A DNA stretch of 32,000 bases from a cyanobacterium endosymbiont of Epithemia turgida isolate EtSB Lake Yunoko (GCF_000829235.1 NZ_AP012549.1:210001-242000); one strand, 5' to 3'. Counted from the stretch's first letter, positions 1 through 11,055 are shown. Notes: generated by a model from the letters alone, not told the origin. A program made the numbers and translations.

Positions 1-220
1 AAAACTGTAGGAAGGATATTTAAAAATAAATATTATTTAGCTAGGTCAGCTAAATAAAATCCTGCTTAAAAAAAGTTACCCTAAAAAATATAAATTAGAG
101 CAATAGAAATTTAGCTCTATCTTAAAAAAGATAGAAATATAAAATTATTGAAGTTTTGAACGTTTACTTAAAGCTACTTACTTGTCTACTTAGAACACAA
201 ACTTTCCGAGCAAAAAACAG

Positions 221-226
221 TATACT
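221..226 (+). promoter_or_regulatory. candidate -10 box (TATACT) for rnpB
   Basis: The TATACT hexamer ends 7 nt upstream of the first base of the P1 helix (234). No convincing -35 element was seen. Confidence 0.3.
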
Positions 227-233
227 AAACATA

Positions 234-619
234 GGAAAGAGTTAGCGAGGGAGTTGCGGATTCGTCCTTGAGGCGAATTCGAGGAAAGTCCGGGCTTCCT
301 AAAGACCAAACTTGCTGGGTAACTCCCAGTGCGCGTGAGCGTGAGGATAGTGCCACAGAAAAATACCGCATTTTTTAGGCATTGTCTAAAAAATGTAAGG
401 GTGCAAAGGTGCGGTAAAAGCGCACCAGCAGCATCGTGAGGTGCTGGCTCGGTAAACCCCGGTGGGAAGCAAGGTCGGAGGAACTAAGGTTGGTCTTTTT
501 CCGTTCCGTTATTGGAGAACCGCTTGAGGCGTTTGGTAACAAGCGTTCCAGATAGATAATTCCCCCTATAAGACTAATATTTTATAGGAACAGAACCCGG
601 CTTATGTCTAACTCTTTCC
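234..619 (+). ncRNA. rnpB: RNase P RNA, bacterial type A (cyanobacterial form)
   Basis: Universal core GAGGAAAGTCCGGGC at 281-295 and ACAGAACCCGGCTTA at 590-604. A 12-bp P1 helix pairs GGAAAGAGTTAG (234-245) with CTAACTCTTTCC (608-619). The block GTAAGGGTGCAAAGGTGCGGTAAAAGCGCACC is present, and the overall order matches my recollection of Synechocystis rnpB. Confidence 0.95.
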
Positions 620-710
620 CCTTTCCTTAATCATTATTTGGCGTCTATCCTTACTAATATAGGTGGCACAGTGAAGAACTACTGCCCTGAAAGGATACTA
701 TCTGAGAACA

Positions 711-3700
711 TCAATTAGCAATTTCTATTTCCTCTTGGGGTAACGCTCTTTTCATCTTTCCCAACCACTCAATTAAACTCTCTAATTGTTTTTGGGGTTT
801 TGATAGTCCTAAACCTCTAACAGTTACTTTCTTAGGACTATAAACAAATCGTGATTGCAGATAATGAGGTAGGTTTTCTTGTAATAATTTCCAAGCAGGT
901 TCTTCCATCGGAGTCTCTAAAATGATATGTTGTTTGTCATCAGTTTTAATACGAGAAAAACCTAAAGATTTGCCAATTTGTTTTAATTCTATTACCTGCA
1001 GTAGTTGTTTTACGGAGGTGGGTATCTCTCCATAGCAGTCTGTCCAAGCTACCATAATTTGCTCTAAATCTTTTTTGGAATTCGCTGTTGCTACTGCTCG
1101 ATAAGCATCCATTTTTTGTTGCGTATCAGCAATATAACTATTAGGAATAAAAGCGGTTAACTGTAAATCAACTTGAGTTTCATTAACTTGAGGTATTTCC
1201 TGACCTTGAATTTCTTTGATTGCTTCTTGTAACATTTCCATGTACAGTTCAAATCCAATAGCCGTCATTTGACCTGACTGTTCAGCCCCTAATAGGTTTC
1301 CTACTCCCCGGATTTCCATGTCACGAGTGGCTAATTGATATCCTGAGCCCAATTGGCTGAGTTCTTGTAAGGCTCTCAATCTTTTCCTGGCTGTTTCTGT
1401 TAATTCCCCTCTACTTGGATATAATAACCAAGCGTGGGCTTGTACTCCAGATCGTCCAACTCTTCCTCTCAACTGATAAAGTTGAGATAAACCAAATTTT
1501 TGAGAATCTTCAATAATAATCGTATTAACTCTTGGAATATCTAATCCTGATTCAATAATCGTTGTACAAACTAAAATATCTCCTATCCCATTGTTAAAGT
1601 CTAACATGGTTATTTCTAATTCATTAACATCCATTTGTCCATGAGCAACCATAATTCTCGCACTGGAAATCATTTGTTGCAATTTTCCCGCTACTTCTTC
1701 AATTCCCTCAATCCTAGAAACAACGTAAAAGATTTGTCCCCCCCGATCTAATTCGTTACGAATAGCGGTTCTAATAACATCAGGATTATAACTGGATAAG
1801 TGGGTTTTAATAGAACGACGAGAGGGTGGAGGGGTAGTTATTAAACTCATTTCTCGAATACCTGATAGGGACATATATAAGGTCCGAGGAATAGGAGTAG
1901 CACTTAAAGCAAGAACATCAACTTGAGTTTTTAACTTTTTAATTTTTTCTTTTTGATTAACCCCAAATCTTTGTTCTTCGTCAATGACTAATAATCCTAA
2001 GTTTTTGAACTCAATAGTTTTTCCTAAAATTTCATGAGTTCCTACAACAACATCTAATTCTCCTGTAGCTAACCGTTGAACAATATTCTTTTTCTCTGAA
2101 ATGGTACGGAAACGATTTAGTAGTCCAATATTAATTGGATAAGGTGCAAATCTTTCTTTTAGAGTATGATAATGTTGTTGCGTTAGAATCGTAGTCGGTG
2201 CCAGTAAGGCAACCTGTTTATTTCCACTAGTAATGGCTTTAAAAATTGCTCTGACAGCGACTTCTGTTTTGCCAAACCCCACATCTCCACAAACTAATCG
2301 ATCCATAGGGCGATCACTTTCTAAATCTACTTTTATATCTTGAACTGCTTGCAGTTGATCTGGTGTCGGTTTATAGGGGAAAGAACCTTCTAATTCTTCT
2401 TGCCAAGGGGTATCAGGAGGATAAATAAACCCTGATTGTTGAGAGCGCTTAGCATAAAGATTTAATAGGTCAACTGCTAATTTCTTAATAGTTTTACGAA
2501 CTCTCTGTTTAGTTTTTTCCCATGTTTTTCCTGTCATTTTATGGAGTTCTGGAGAACGATTTTCAGATTGATAATAGCGGGATAAACTATCCACAGAATC
2601 TGCTGGAATTCTTAATAACCCATCATGATATTGAATAACTAAATACTCACGAGTTGCTAAACTCTCTAGTTTTAAAAATCTACCAACTCCATGACTTTTA
2701 TGAACAACATAATCTCCGGGAAGTAGTCGCTCTAAGTTTATTCGTTTAGAGGCAGCCCGACGACGTTTTCGGATATATCCTGTAGGGGATAAAACATATT
2801 GTCCAAAAAACTCTTCATCGGTAATAACAACAACCCGAAAAGTAGGAAGAATAAATCCTTTTAATTCTGCTAAACCTGAATACTTTAAAGCTACTGCTAT
2901 CCCTTGAGTATGATATTTTTCAACTCCTGGGTAATCACGAGGATTTGGAATAAATTGAGCTGGACAGTCATGTTCTTCTAATAAAGAAACTGTTCGAGAA
3001 GGTTGGGCAGAAACCAACCAGGTTGAATATTTATTTAGATAAATACCACTGTAAATTTCTTGTTTTCCTCGTAATATTTCTGCTAGTTTAGAGAACTGAT
3101 GAGGAACACTAGGAATCGGACGACTTGACAAGTCTAATGCAGTTATATTCGTGCTTTCTGATAACTCTGAAAGATAAATAATAGGAAGTTTTCTAGCTAA
3201 ATTTACAGAATTTTGAAAAGAACGATGAATCTTCGGCAAAGGTAATTCTAATTCTTGCCAGTTATCCTCTATATATTCTAACCAGCGATTGCTATGGGAC
3301 TCACATTGTTCTAATTCATCAAAAACACAAAGGGTGTTGTCTCCTAAATAATCTATTAATGAAGCGGGTTTTTCAAAAGCTATTCCTAAAAAACGTCCCA
3401 TTCCCTCGGGATAATTATCGTCCTCTAATGCATCTATTTCTTCAACAGATAAATAAGTCTTTAAAGATTGATGTCGTTCATTAAGAGTGTTGATAATGAT
3501 AGGATCAAAACTTGTAGGAGTTAGAAGAACTTGGTCAAGTTTTTCTAATGAACGTTGAGTTGCTAGATCTAATTCTCGAATTTTTTCTAATTTATCTCCA
3601 AACCATTCTAATCGAATAGGTAATTCTAAGGAAACTGGAAAAATATCAACAATGTCTCCTCTTCTACTCCATTGACCCTCAGTTTCTACTAAAGAAACTC

Positions 3701-4202
3701 TTTTATAACCTAATTTAGTTAATGATTGATTAATTTCTTGAGATGATTGAGTTATTCCTGTTTGTAAATTTAAACAATAAGACCAAAAAATCTCAGGAGG
3801 TGGTAAATGAGGTTGTAAAACTTTTTCTGTGGTAACAATAGCTAATTTATTATCAATAGACGATGAACTATTTATACTTGACAAAACCTGCATTTGTCCC
3901 CAAATCATTTCTGATTCAGCGTTAAATAACTCATAAGGAGATGCTTCTGAGGTTGGGTAAAAATCAACAGTTTTCCAGCCCATAGTCTCTAACTGAGTTG
4001 CCCATCTTCCCGCCTCTTCTTGGGTTGCACAAACCACTAACAAACTTCGATTCTCCGCCTGTGCTAATGCTGATACCATTAAGCCTTTAGGAAATCGAGG
4101 AATTCCTTTTAATCCTAAATAACCTATTTTTTTTAGTTTCTCTAATAATTCTTTAGTTAGAGGTGATTTTTGTAGGGTACGAATTAGAGAAGAAAAAGTC
4201 AT
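711..4202 (-). CDS. mfd: transcription-repair coupling factor Mfd (1163 aa)
   Basis: CarD/RNAP-interacting block [16 protein letters not shown]2 helicase motifs [11 protein letters not shown] (Walker A), VIDEEQRFG (DExx), SATPIPRTL and QLRGRVGRS. Length is typical of Mfd. Confidence 0.95.
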   Translation of the reverse strand: MTFSSLIRTLQKSPLTKELLEKLKKIGYLGLKGIPRFPKGLMVSALAQAENRSLLVVCATQEEAGRWATQLETMGWKTVDFYPTSEASPYELFNAESEMIWGQMQVLSSINSSSSIDNKLAIVTTEKVLQPHLPPPEIFWSYCLNLQTGITQSSQEINQSLTKLGYKRVSLVETEGQWSRRGDIVDIFPVSLELPIRLEWFGDKLEKIRELDLATQRSLEKLDQVLLTPTSFDPIIINTLNERHQSLKTYLSVEEIDALEDDNYPEGMGRFLGIAFEKPASLIDYLGDNTLCVFDELEQCESHSNRWLEYIEDNWQELELPLPKIHRSFQNSVNLARKLPIIYLSELSESTNITALDLSSRPIPSVPHQFSKLAEILRGKQEIYSGIYLNKYSTWLVSAQPSRTVSLLEEHDCPAQFIPNPRDYPGVEKYHTQGIAVALKYSGLAELKGFILPTFRVVVITDEEFFGQYVLSPTGYIRKRRRAASKRINLERLLPGDYVVHKSHGVGRFLKLESLATREYLVIQYHDGLLRIPADSVDSLSRYYQSENRSPELHKMTGKTWEKTKQRVRKTIKKLAVDLLNLYAKRSQQSGFIYPPDTPWQEELEGSFPYKPTPDQLQAVQDIKVDLESDRPMDRLVCGDVGFGKTEVAVRAIFKAITSGNKQVALLAPTTILTQQHYHTLKERFAPYPINIGLLNRFRTISEKKNIVQRLATGELDVVVGTHEILGKTIEFKNLGLLVIDEEQRFGVNQKEKIKKLKTQVDVLALSATPIPRTLYMSLSGIREMSLITTPPPSRRSIKTHLSSYNPDVIRTAIRNELDRGGQIFYVVSRIEGIEEVAGKLQQMISSARIMVAHGQMDVNELEITMLDFNNGIGDILVCTTIIESGLDIPRVNTIIIEDSQKFGLSQLYQLRGRVGRSGVQAHAWLLYPSRGELTETARKRLRALQELSQLGSGYQLATRDMEIRGVGNLLGAEQSGQMTAIGFELYMEMLQEAIKEIQGQEIPQVNETQVDLQLTAFIPNSYIADTQQKMDAYRAVATANSKKDLEQIMVAWTDCYGEIPTSVKQLLQVIELKQIGKSLGFSRIKTDDKQHIILETPMEEPAWKLLQENLPHYLQSRFVYSPKKVTVRGLGLSKPQKQLESLIEWLGKMKRALPQEEIEIAN

Positions 4203-5361
4203 AACTATATTAACAAATCTATTTTATCTTTTAGTATATAAAAATAAATAAAGATGATTTTTACATAATCAAAATATTTTCAGATAGCTATTGTAACACA
4301 CTTTATCATTGGCTGTTTTTGAAAACAAAACAGCTTGTTCAGACTTAAGATATACCCTTAAATAAACGTTAAAGATCTAAATTATTTTATGCCTCTACCT
4401 GTAACTACTTTAAATGAATTAAACTCATCTTTAAACATCCTAGGAATCTTCTGAACTTTTTTCAGTACTATTTTCTCTATATTATATTTAGCTTTATACT
4501 CTAAGTTGGTATTTTATATAGAATAGATATATTTTTTTATTATTGTTTTGATTTTGCTTTAAATAAACTACTTATATGTACTAAATCATCACTGAGAATA
4601 ATTACCTCATTTATCTCTTTATTTCTACCTTTTAATCAAAAAAAAATCTATCTATTTAAATTATTTATATTTTTACCTTATTTTTTAAAACAATTTTTAT
4701 TTATAGTTATATAACTGTAAATTTTTAACTATTTTTAGTATACAGAAAATTTTTTATCAGTTATTAAATATATTTAATAGATTTGCTAAACTTTTAATTC
4801 ATTTAAATTCCGATCTTTTTGTATTAAAATAGTATATCTATACCCTTGTTCTTGTTTTGTATAAATTTTTAAAATAGTAAGTTAACTCCAATAGGTTTTG
4901 ATGTTTGGATTTTATTATCTTAATTTTTAAGTGGTTATTATCTAATATTTTTTATTATCATATAAATTTGTTAAATTTAAACTCTTTGCAATATTTAAAA
5001 TCAACAGAAAACTTGTATAAAAAAGTATAATATAATTTTTATAAATTACTCATATTTAAAAACAACATAACTTTATTGAATACATCAAAGCTATTTACCT
5101 ACATTGTAATTACAAATATTTTAAATCGGTAAAGAGTACCCAACGTCAGCTAATATAATTAATTGTACTCCTATATTTAATCAATCACTTATTTGCTGTT
5201 CTCTCAACTCATTAGCTATTTTTTACTTTAACATATTCAAACTCTCTATATTACTACAAAAAAACTATATTAATGAGGGGTTCTAGCTTATGGCTGGTGT
5301 TTATTTTTTAACCCTGTAAATATAATAAATGACAAATATTCTAATTTACTAATTTATTAGA

Positions 5362-5408
5362 GTCAATTAGTCTCTTTAATTTACAATGCATTAAAGAGAC
5401 TAATTGAC
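5362..5408. repeat. perfect 19-bp inverted repeat with a 9-nt loop
   Basis: GTCAATTAGTCTCTTTAAT (5362-5380) is the exact reverse complement of ATTAAAGAGACTAATTGAC (5390-5408). Confidence 0.9.
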
Positions 5409-5810
5409 AGTTAACTATACTTTAGCAAAATTTTTTTAATCTACTTATATTTTTTGAACAATCCTTCAAATTATCTACTAAAAAATGATTATTTTTTAAA
5501 AAAATAACTACATTCTACAGTATTAATAATATGGTCAATATCGTTTTTTTAATAACCATCGATCATCTGTTTAACTAATGCTTGTGTTTATTTTTATTCT
5601 GCCTTACTTTCTGGTGATTCTGCACAACATCCTTGGATTTTAAAAATAAATATTTCACATCCATTTATTGTTAAAACTTTTACTATTGTTTGATGAAAAA
5701 AGAAAAAGATAGCCTTTGCAAAAAATATAAAATAATCCCTGTTCGATATCGTAATTTTTCTAAATCGCAATAACTTATGAGATTTGTTCTCCCCATTTTT
5801 AATAATACGT

Positions 5811-6537
5811 TTAAAAGAAATTATTAAACTCTATCTCTTTCCCTATAACCAATTGTTGAACAACAAAGGACGGAACAACTTCTGCTATAGTGATTTATAG
5901 CTCTAATTCGAGTAAGGTTCGGTCTATCTTAGGGATTGCGGTTTTATCTTCAATCATTTCTAAGATTCCCGATGTGTAAGGAGAGTAAGAATAAATTCTA
6001 AATATAACTTTACAAATAATCTTTAACGTACAAAAAAAGTCTTAGGTCTAAATCTATAATTTTTTTATAACTTTTTCTCCCACTTTTCATATCTACTGTG
6101 GATTTAATCTCATCAATGATGACGTCATTGAGGTAAATAGGGTATATAGGTATAAATTGGTTAACCTATTTAAGAGTCCGTCGTAAATTGACCAATTTAA
6201 ATTCTGCTTCTACAGTTTTTATGAAACCTACCACAGCACGGTCAACAATACAGTTCAGATTTTGAATATTTATAACTAGTCTTGGGGATAATACTAAGCT
6301 ACTTCAATTTAAGTTTAGTACTATCCCTGCATGATAAAAATAGATCATATTCTTTCCTTAGCAGACTGAATAATCTTAGACAGATTTTTTAAATTAAGGG
6401 TATATCAGATAATTAGAACAAATATTAAAACATATGAAGTTGTCAATTGAACTTTTTTAAGATAAATCTAGGGTATTTTAAAAAAGAATTGCATCATGGG
6501 AATCAACCAAAAACTCAAGTTGTATAAGTAAGATTCT
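5811..6537 (-). pseudogene. fossil ABC-transporter ATP-binding protein
   Basis: Collinear minus-strand remnants match the ABC ATPase motif order. LVDSHDAILF (6510-6481) resembles Walker A LVG.NGAGKST. TVEAEFKLVNLRRTL resembles the signature LSGGQRQRVAIARAL. PIYPIYLNDVIIDEIKSTVD (6150-6091) resembles Walker B plus D-loop. LYVKDYL (6033-6013) resembles the H-loop hhVTHDL. IDRTLLELEL (5927-5898) resembles ADRIhVLxxG. Walker A to Walker B spacing is about 125 codons, as expected. The remnant has several in-frame stops and at least one frameshift. Confidence 0.55.
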
Positions 6538-6855
6538 TTAATCTAAAGGTAACTCACTCCATTCTGCACAAAAGTTGTCCCAACATAATACTTTTTCTTT
6601 CCCTGGAAACCAGTCTACTTGGTCTACTCTAAACCATTGTTGCATCAAATGACTCCAAAGTTCAATGTCTTCCCCATTGTTTCGGTAATAATATTTTTGA
6701 CCGCTACGGGTCACGATTTCCCAGGTTAGACCATTTTCTAAGTGATCAAATTCTATGCTTAGAGTACAATTTTCAGGGGATAATAATTTATCTCCTTGAC
6801 GTTGATAACAAGTAGTTTGACAATTTTGCAGGTTGGATTTTCTTAAATTAGCCAT
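6538..6855 (-). CDS. 105-aa ORF of unknown family; possibly the 5' stump of the adjacent ABC-ATPase fossil
   Basis: Intact ORF whose composition is closer to the genes than to the spacers. Its stop is in the same frame as the Walker A remnant and only 9 codons upstream of it. Its last ~35 aa (MQQWFRVDQVDWFPGKEKVLCWDNFCAEWSE) resemble the N-terminal strand region of an ABC nucleotide-binding domain. Confidence 0.4.
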   Translation of the reverse strand: MANLRKSNLQNCQTTCYQRQGDKLLSPENCTLSIEFDHLENGLTWEIVTRSGQKYYYRNNGEDIELWSHLMQQWFRVDQVDWFPGKEKVLCWDNFCAEWSELPLD

Positions 6856-6928
6856 AAATACAATACTCAGTAATTTTTTTTAAAGAGTGGAAAGTATTAG
6901 GAGGGTTTTTTACTCTCCTAAACTTCTC

Positions 6929-7345
6929 CTAGTTTTCCCAATGAGATCTTACAGAAAGTCTTGGCAAAGGAGGACGATTAGTCCTGGTTTTTTTAGGCAT
7001 AAATTTACCTTCAGGTCTGTAACCAGTTTGATAGCTAGAGCCAGAACTTCCCCCTGCAATATCATAAATATCAAGGTATAAAGATTGACCAGCAGCAGTA
7101 GCAGCTAATTGTAGGACCACACAAATAGCCTGAAAATTACTTCCACTTCTTCCAAAAATTCGTTCTTTATCATTGCCTTCAAAGGCTAAACGAATCCAAA
7201 CCCGTTGATTCTTATTAACCTGTTCACAATCCACACTTAAAGAATCGGACGATTCTAACAAAGGTTCTACCAAAAATTCTACTAAACCCAAATAATCTGG
7301 GCTGGTAGAATTTGATGAATTAGACCAAGAATTAGGCTTGAGCAT
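6929..7345 (-). CDS. KH-domain RNA-binding protein (YlqC/UPF0109-like), start moved to the internal ATG
   Basis: Sits directly downstream of rpsP, as in many bacteria. Core VEFLVEPLL...[26 protein letters not shown] fits the KH fold pattern (G-x-x-G in GRSG). The ATG at 7345 overlaps the rpsP stop by 14 nt, whereas the 170-aa track ORF would run through rpsP. Confidence 0.7.
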   Translation of the reverse strand: MLKPNSWSNSSNSTSPDYLGLVEFLVEPLLESSDSLSVDCEQVNKNQRVWIRLAFEGNDKERIFGRSGSNFQAICVVLQLAATAAGQSLYLDIYDIAGGSSGSSYQTGYRPEGKFMPKKTRTNRPPLPRLSVRSHWEN

Positions 7346-7586
7346 TGACTTGTTCAAATACTTGCGCTTTCTTAAGAATACTACGAACAGTATCAGTGGG
7401 TTGAGCTCCCTCTTGAAGTCTTTTAACAATCCCTGGAACATTTAAGTGAGTTTCGTCGGTTCTGGGATTGTAAAATCCTAATTCTTCTAAAGGGCGACCA
7501 TCACGACGACTGTTGTTATTCATAGCGACAATTCTATAACTGGCCTCACGCTTTTTACCGTACCGTTTTAAGCGTAGTTTTATCAT
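7332..7586 (-). CDS. rpsP: 30S ribosomal protein S16
   Basis: [41 protein letters not shown] is the canonical S16 N-terminus. An AAGGAG Shine-Dalgarno lies about 15 nt upstream. Confidence 0.97.
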   Translation of the reverse strand: MIKLRLKRYGKKREASYRIVAMNNNSRRDGRPLEELGFYNPRTDETHLNVPGIVKRLQEGAQPTDTVRSILKKAQVFEQVNAQA

Positions 7587-8225
7587 ATTAGTTACTGAGA
7601 CTCCTTAACTCATTGATAATTTTTAATCACTGTCTGGTAAGAGATTGACTTTTAGCTCAAATTGACTAAGTCATTTCCGAACCTATAATCATACCATTTT
7701 ATTGTCAACTTCAGTAAATTATCAGAATCGCTATTGTTATGTAGACTTAATTGATATATGCGAAAAGTAGTTAAATGTAAACATTGCCTATTTATTCGGT
7801 ATTTCTTCTAATCTTTCAGTCCTATTACTAAGAGCTTAGAGTTGGTCAATTCTAAGAATTTAAATTTTATTAGCGTGACATTTAAGACATTACTGAATAA
7901 AAATGGAATTGGGCACAACTTATCTTTTTTTCAGCGATGCTCATGCAGAAATTAGGTTTATTTTAACAACCTTAAAAAGTTAGACGACGAGATAAAGCTA
8001 TTGCTATAACAATTTTTTACTTCAGATTAGTCCCTTGAGAAGCTCGAAAAGCAGATGCAAACTTCTCCATTTGAGAAGAAGAGAAATTGTCTCTTTTTCT
8101 GCTTGTCAAAGCATTAAAATATATGGAAAACACTTCTTTGGTTTCCATGACTAAAAATCTAATATTACCATGATCTCTCTTTCTCGCTACGATTTACTTG
8201 AGTCAAATATCCACACATCAATCTA

Positions 8226-8304
8226 GTTTTAATGCGAGATTTGCTTTCTATTACTAATTTGGTGAAATCATTGTTCTCTATAAAAGCAAATCTCGCATTA
8301 AAAC
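8226..8304. repeat. perfect 22-bp inverted repeat with a 35-nt loop
   Basis: GTTTTAATGCGAGATTTGCTTT (8226-8247) is the exact reverse complement of 8283-8304. Confidence 0.9.
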
Positions 8305-8624
8305 CTTTAGTCAAATTTTATGATAGTTGGACTAACTTTATGAATTAGGGTAGTAAATGAGAATATTGAGGGTGGTTAAATGGCTTTAAAATAAAAAATA
8401 TAATATCGTATTATTACTTAAATAAGTAACGATTTGCTAAAAAGAATATTGATATTTTTTTGGTTTTAATACAGAAGTGTTTGTTGATTTAGCCCAGGAT
8501 AATGATTTATTAGAATTAATAGTACAGTCCAATTTTGATATTGTCTTCTTTTACTTTAAAAGACAAAGAAGACTTAAAAGTAATAAAAAAATCTAAAATA
8601 TCTTTATTCCTGCCATTCATAATG

Positions 8625-8695
8625 CTATTTTGTAATTAAACCTACTAATTTACGTTTAATAGTTAACTTTATCTTCAGGTTTAATTACAAAATAG
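8625..8695. repeat. perfect 19-bp inverted repeat with a 33-nt loop
   Basis: CTATTTTGTAATTAAACCT (8625-8643) is the exact reverse complement of AGGTTTAATTACAAAATAG (8677-8695). Confidence 0.9.
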
Positions 8696-9196
8696 TCAGC
8701 TCTATATATTATTCTGCTTGTGGAAGATATGACAATTCTTATCTGTCATATTTTGTATATTACAAACTATTTTATATATTCCTGTTTAGTATTTTAAAAA
8801 CAAGAAAAGCGACTGCAGGTTTGCGCAAAAAAAATATTAATCGAAGTACCTTAATCAAATGTGTTTCCATCCATACTATCAAAAAAAATTTTTAAGAATA
8901 GATTGAAGCTTTATGATTTTTCTCAAATGAAGAAATATTCTTATAACGTATATATAATTAGGTTATGAAATTAAAAGTTTCTTAATTTCATTTTTTCTTG
9001 GAGTTACCCAATTAACTTTATTTATACGTTTTAGTAATTGTTATCTTATAATAATAATTCAAACAAAAACCTTGTTAAGAAGTTTAGTATTTTTTCTTAA
9101 AAACTTTTTTTAAGAAAAAATTAAATAATAGTCACAAAATCTTAAGATTAGAAAAAGATGACAATCATTAATAAAAATTTATTATTGTACGCTAAT

Positions 9197-9235
9197 AATT
9201 TTAGTAAGGCGGGCACTACCCACCTTACTAAAATT
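9197..9235 (-). terminator. hairpin at the 3' end of ndhD
   Basis: A 13-bp stem (9197-9209 pairing with 9223-9235) is extended by GGG/CCC across a 1x1 mismatch, leaving a 5-nt loop. The ndhD stop codon (9234-9236) lies in the stem. No clean U-tract follows. Confidence 0.5.
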
Positions 9236-10823
9236 ACTTAATTGCAGGAGCTTTTAAAGCCATTTGTTGAGTTAAAGAGAGCTGCACTTCCTTAACTCCC
9301 CCTCTTAAAGTTGGAACTGAATCACGTAATACTGTGGTGAGTTGGTTAATACTAGAATCGTAAATCTGGGTGACAATTTTTGGATATAAACCAATACCAA
9401 TGATAGGAATTAATAAACACCCAATAATGAACACTTCTCTCGGTTCAGCATCAATTAATTTGGTATGGGAGATTAATTCTTCATTTTCAGGTCCATAAAG
9501 CATTTCCCGCAACATTGACAAGAGATAAATGGGGGTTAGAATTACCCCGATAGCAGCTAAAAAGACTACAATTACTTTAAATGTTGAACTGTAAGCATCA
9601 CTAGTTGCAAATCCTACAAAAATCATTAATTCTGCAACAAATCCACTCATTCCAGGTAGTGCCAAAGAAGCCATTGAACAAGTAGTCCACATGGCAAAGA
9701 CTTTCTTCATCTTTTGTCCTATTCCTCCCATTTCATCTAGCATTAGAGTATGGGTGCGATCATAAGTACAACCTACCATAAAGAAAAGACTCGCTCCAAT
9801 TAACCCATGGGAAATCATTTGTAACATTGCTCCACTGGTACCCAATGAAGTAAACGAGGCTATTCCAATTAGGACAAACCCCATGTGGGAAATTGAAGAA
9901 TAGGCAATTTTTCTTTTTAGGTTTCGTTGAGCAAAAGAGGTTAAAGCAGCGTAAACAATATTTACAACTCCTAAAATTACTAACATGGGGGCAAAAAAAG
10001 CATGAGCATCCGGTAACATCCCTGCATTCATCCGTAGCAGTGCATATCCTCCCATTTTTAAGAGAATACCTGCTAATAACATATGGGCAGGTGCAGTGGC
10101 TTCTCCGTGAGCATCTGGTAGCCAAGTATGAAGAGGAAAAATGGGTAATTTAACGCCATAGGCAATGAGAAGACCTCCATAAAGCAATAATTGCAGTTTC
10201 AGAGGAAAATCTTTACTCGCAATCGTCACCATGTCAAAAGTGATATTGTCACCATAGAAGGCCATGGTTAAAGCTGCTACTAAGATAAATAATGATCCCA
10301 GCGCAGTGTAGAGAATAAACTTAGTTGCTGCATAAAGACGGCGTTTTCCTCCCCAAATAGATAGGATGAGATAGACGGGAACTAATTCTAATTCCCAGAC
10401 GAGAAAAAAAAGTAACATGTCTTGTACAGCAAAAACAGCGATCTGTCCCCCATACATCAACAACATCAGGAAATAGAACAACTTTGGCTTAAATGTCACC
10501 GGCCAAGCAGCCATGGTAGCCAAGGTAGTGATAAACCCCGTCAGCAAAATGAGGGGCATGGATAGCCCGTCAGCCCCCACTGACCAATTTAAGTCGAGTT
10601 GAGGAATCCAGGAATAGCTTTCAAATAATTGAAGGTCGGGATTGTTTAAATCATATCCAGTATAGAAAGCATAAACAATCACTGAGAAATTAATGAGTCC
10701 AATAGTCAAAGCATACCATTTGACTGTCTTACCGTCCTTATCAGGAATTATAGGAATAAACAGGGCGGCAATAATTGGAAAGAGAATTATGGTAGTTAAC
10801 CAGGGCAAATTGGCAATATCCAT
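9234..10823 (-). CDS. ndhD: NAD(P)H-quinone oxidoreductase subunit 4 (NDH-1 subunit D, D1/D2 type)
   Basis: 529-aa polytopic membrane protein. The N-terminus ...[11 protein letters not shown]...[14 protein letters not shown]... and the block [23 protein letters not shown] match my recollection of cyanobacterial NdhD1. Its length fits D1/D2 rather than the shorter D3/D4. Confidence 0.9.
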   Translation of the reverse strand: MDIANLPWLTTIILFPIIAALFIPIIPDKDGKTVKWYALTIGLINFSVIVYAFYTGYDLNNPDLQLFESYSWIPQLDLNWSVGADGLSMPLILLTGFITTLATMAAWPVTFKPKLFYFLMLLMYGGQIAVFAVQDMLLFFLVWELELVPVYLILSIWGGKRRLYAATKFILYTALGSLFILVAALTMAFYGDNITFDMVTIASKDFPLKLQLLLYGGLLIAYGVKLPIFPLHTWLPDAHGEATAPAHMLLAGILLKMGGYALLRMNAGMLPDAHAFFAPMLVILGVVNIVYAALTSFAQRNLKRKIAYSSISHMGFVLIGIASFTSLGTSGAMLQMISHGLIGASLFFMVGCTYDRTHTLMLDEMGGIGQKMKKVFAMWTTCSMASLALPGMSGFVAELMIFVGFATSDAYSSTFKVIVVFLAAIGVILTPIYLLSMLREMLYGPENEELISHTKLIDAEPREVFIIGCLLIPIIGIGLYPKIVTQIYDSSINQLTTVLRDSVPTLRGGVKEVQLSLTQQMALKAPAIK

Positions 10824-10900
10824 TGCGATTATCTAATGTACTGAGTGATACTTGGAGTTTGGTTAAACAGTTTTTCAGTTCTTTGTTATCAGTGTTTTCA

Positions 10901-10921
10901 CTGTTGACTGTTGACTGTTCA
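10901..10921. repeat. 3 x 7-nt tandem repeat (CTGTTGA CTGTTGA CTGTTCA)
   Basis: Read directly from the sequence. It lies 78-98 nt upstream of the ndhD start codon. Confidence 0.85.
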
Positions 10922-11055
10922 CTAGTTCAATATCTCCAAAAAATAGCCGCTATATCTTAACTACTTTTTCTTTAAGCTTTTAAAAATAGATCTCATATCT
11001 TAATCTTTGGATAAGCTCGGTGAAACGATTTCGATAATCAGGCATTAACCATAAC

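Noticed and set aside
6887-7081. 64-aa plus-strand ORF from the track
   Set aside because: It lies entirely antisense to the KH-domain gene, has no recognisable motif and an odd composition. It is most likely a shadow ORF.
7346-7441. N-terminal 32 codons of the 170-aa track ORF (KH protein)
   Set aside because: This extension would overlap rpsP by 110 nt in another frame. The internal ATG at 7345 gives the usual short overlap with the rpsP stop.
8017-8148. 43-codon minus-strand sORF (METKEVFSIYFNALTSRKRDNFSSSQMEKFASAFRASQGTNLK)
   Set aside because: It reads as protein-like but is short, has no obvious Shine-Dalgarno and belongs to no recognised family. A run of this length is expected by chance in this much sequence.
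8226-8304. Possible CRISPR repeat (arm begins GTTTTAAT...)
   Set aside because: There are only two copies and they are inverted, not direct. There is no repeat-spacer periodicity and there are no cas genes.
7587-9233. Looked for an ffh remnant upstream of rpsP (ffh-rpsP linkage is common in bacteria)
   Set aside because: I could read no SRP54 G-domain or M-domain motifs on either strand. Absence cannot be proven by eye, and the linkage is not universal in cyanobacteria.
9760-10153. Track ORFs 9760-10125 (-) and 9893-10153 (+)
   Set aside because: Both lie inside ndhD, in alternative or antisense frames, and read as low-complexity Cys/Arg-rich sequence. They are shadow ORFs.
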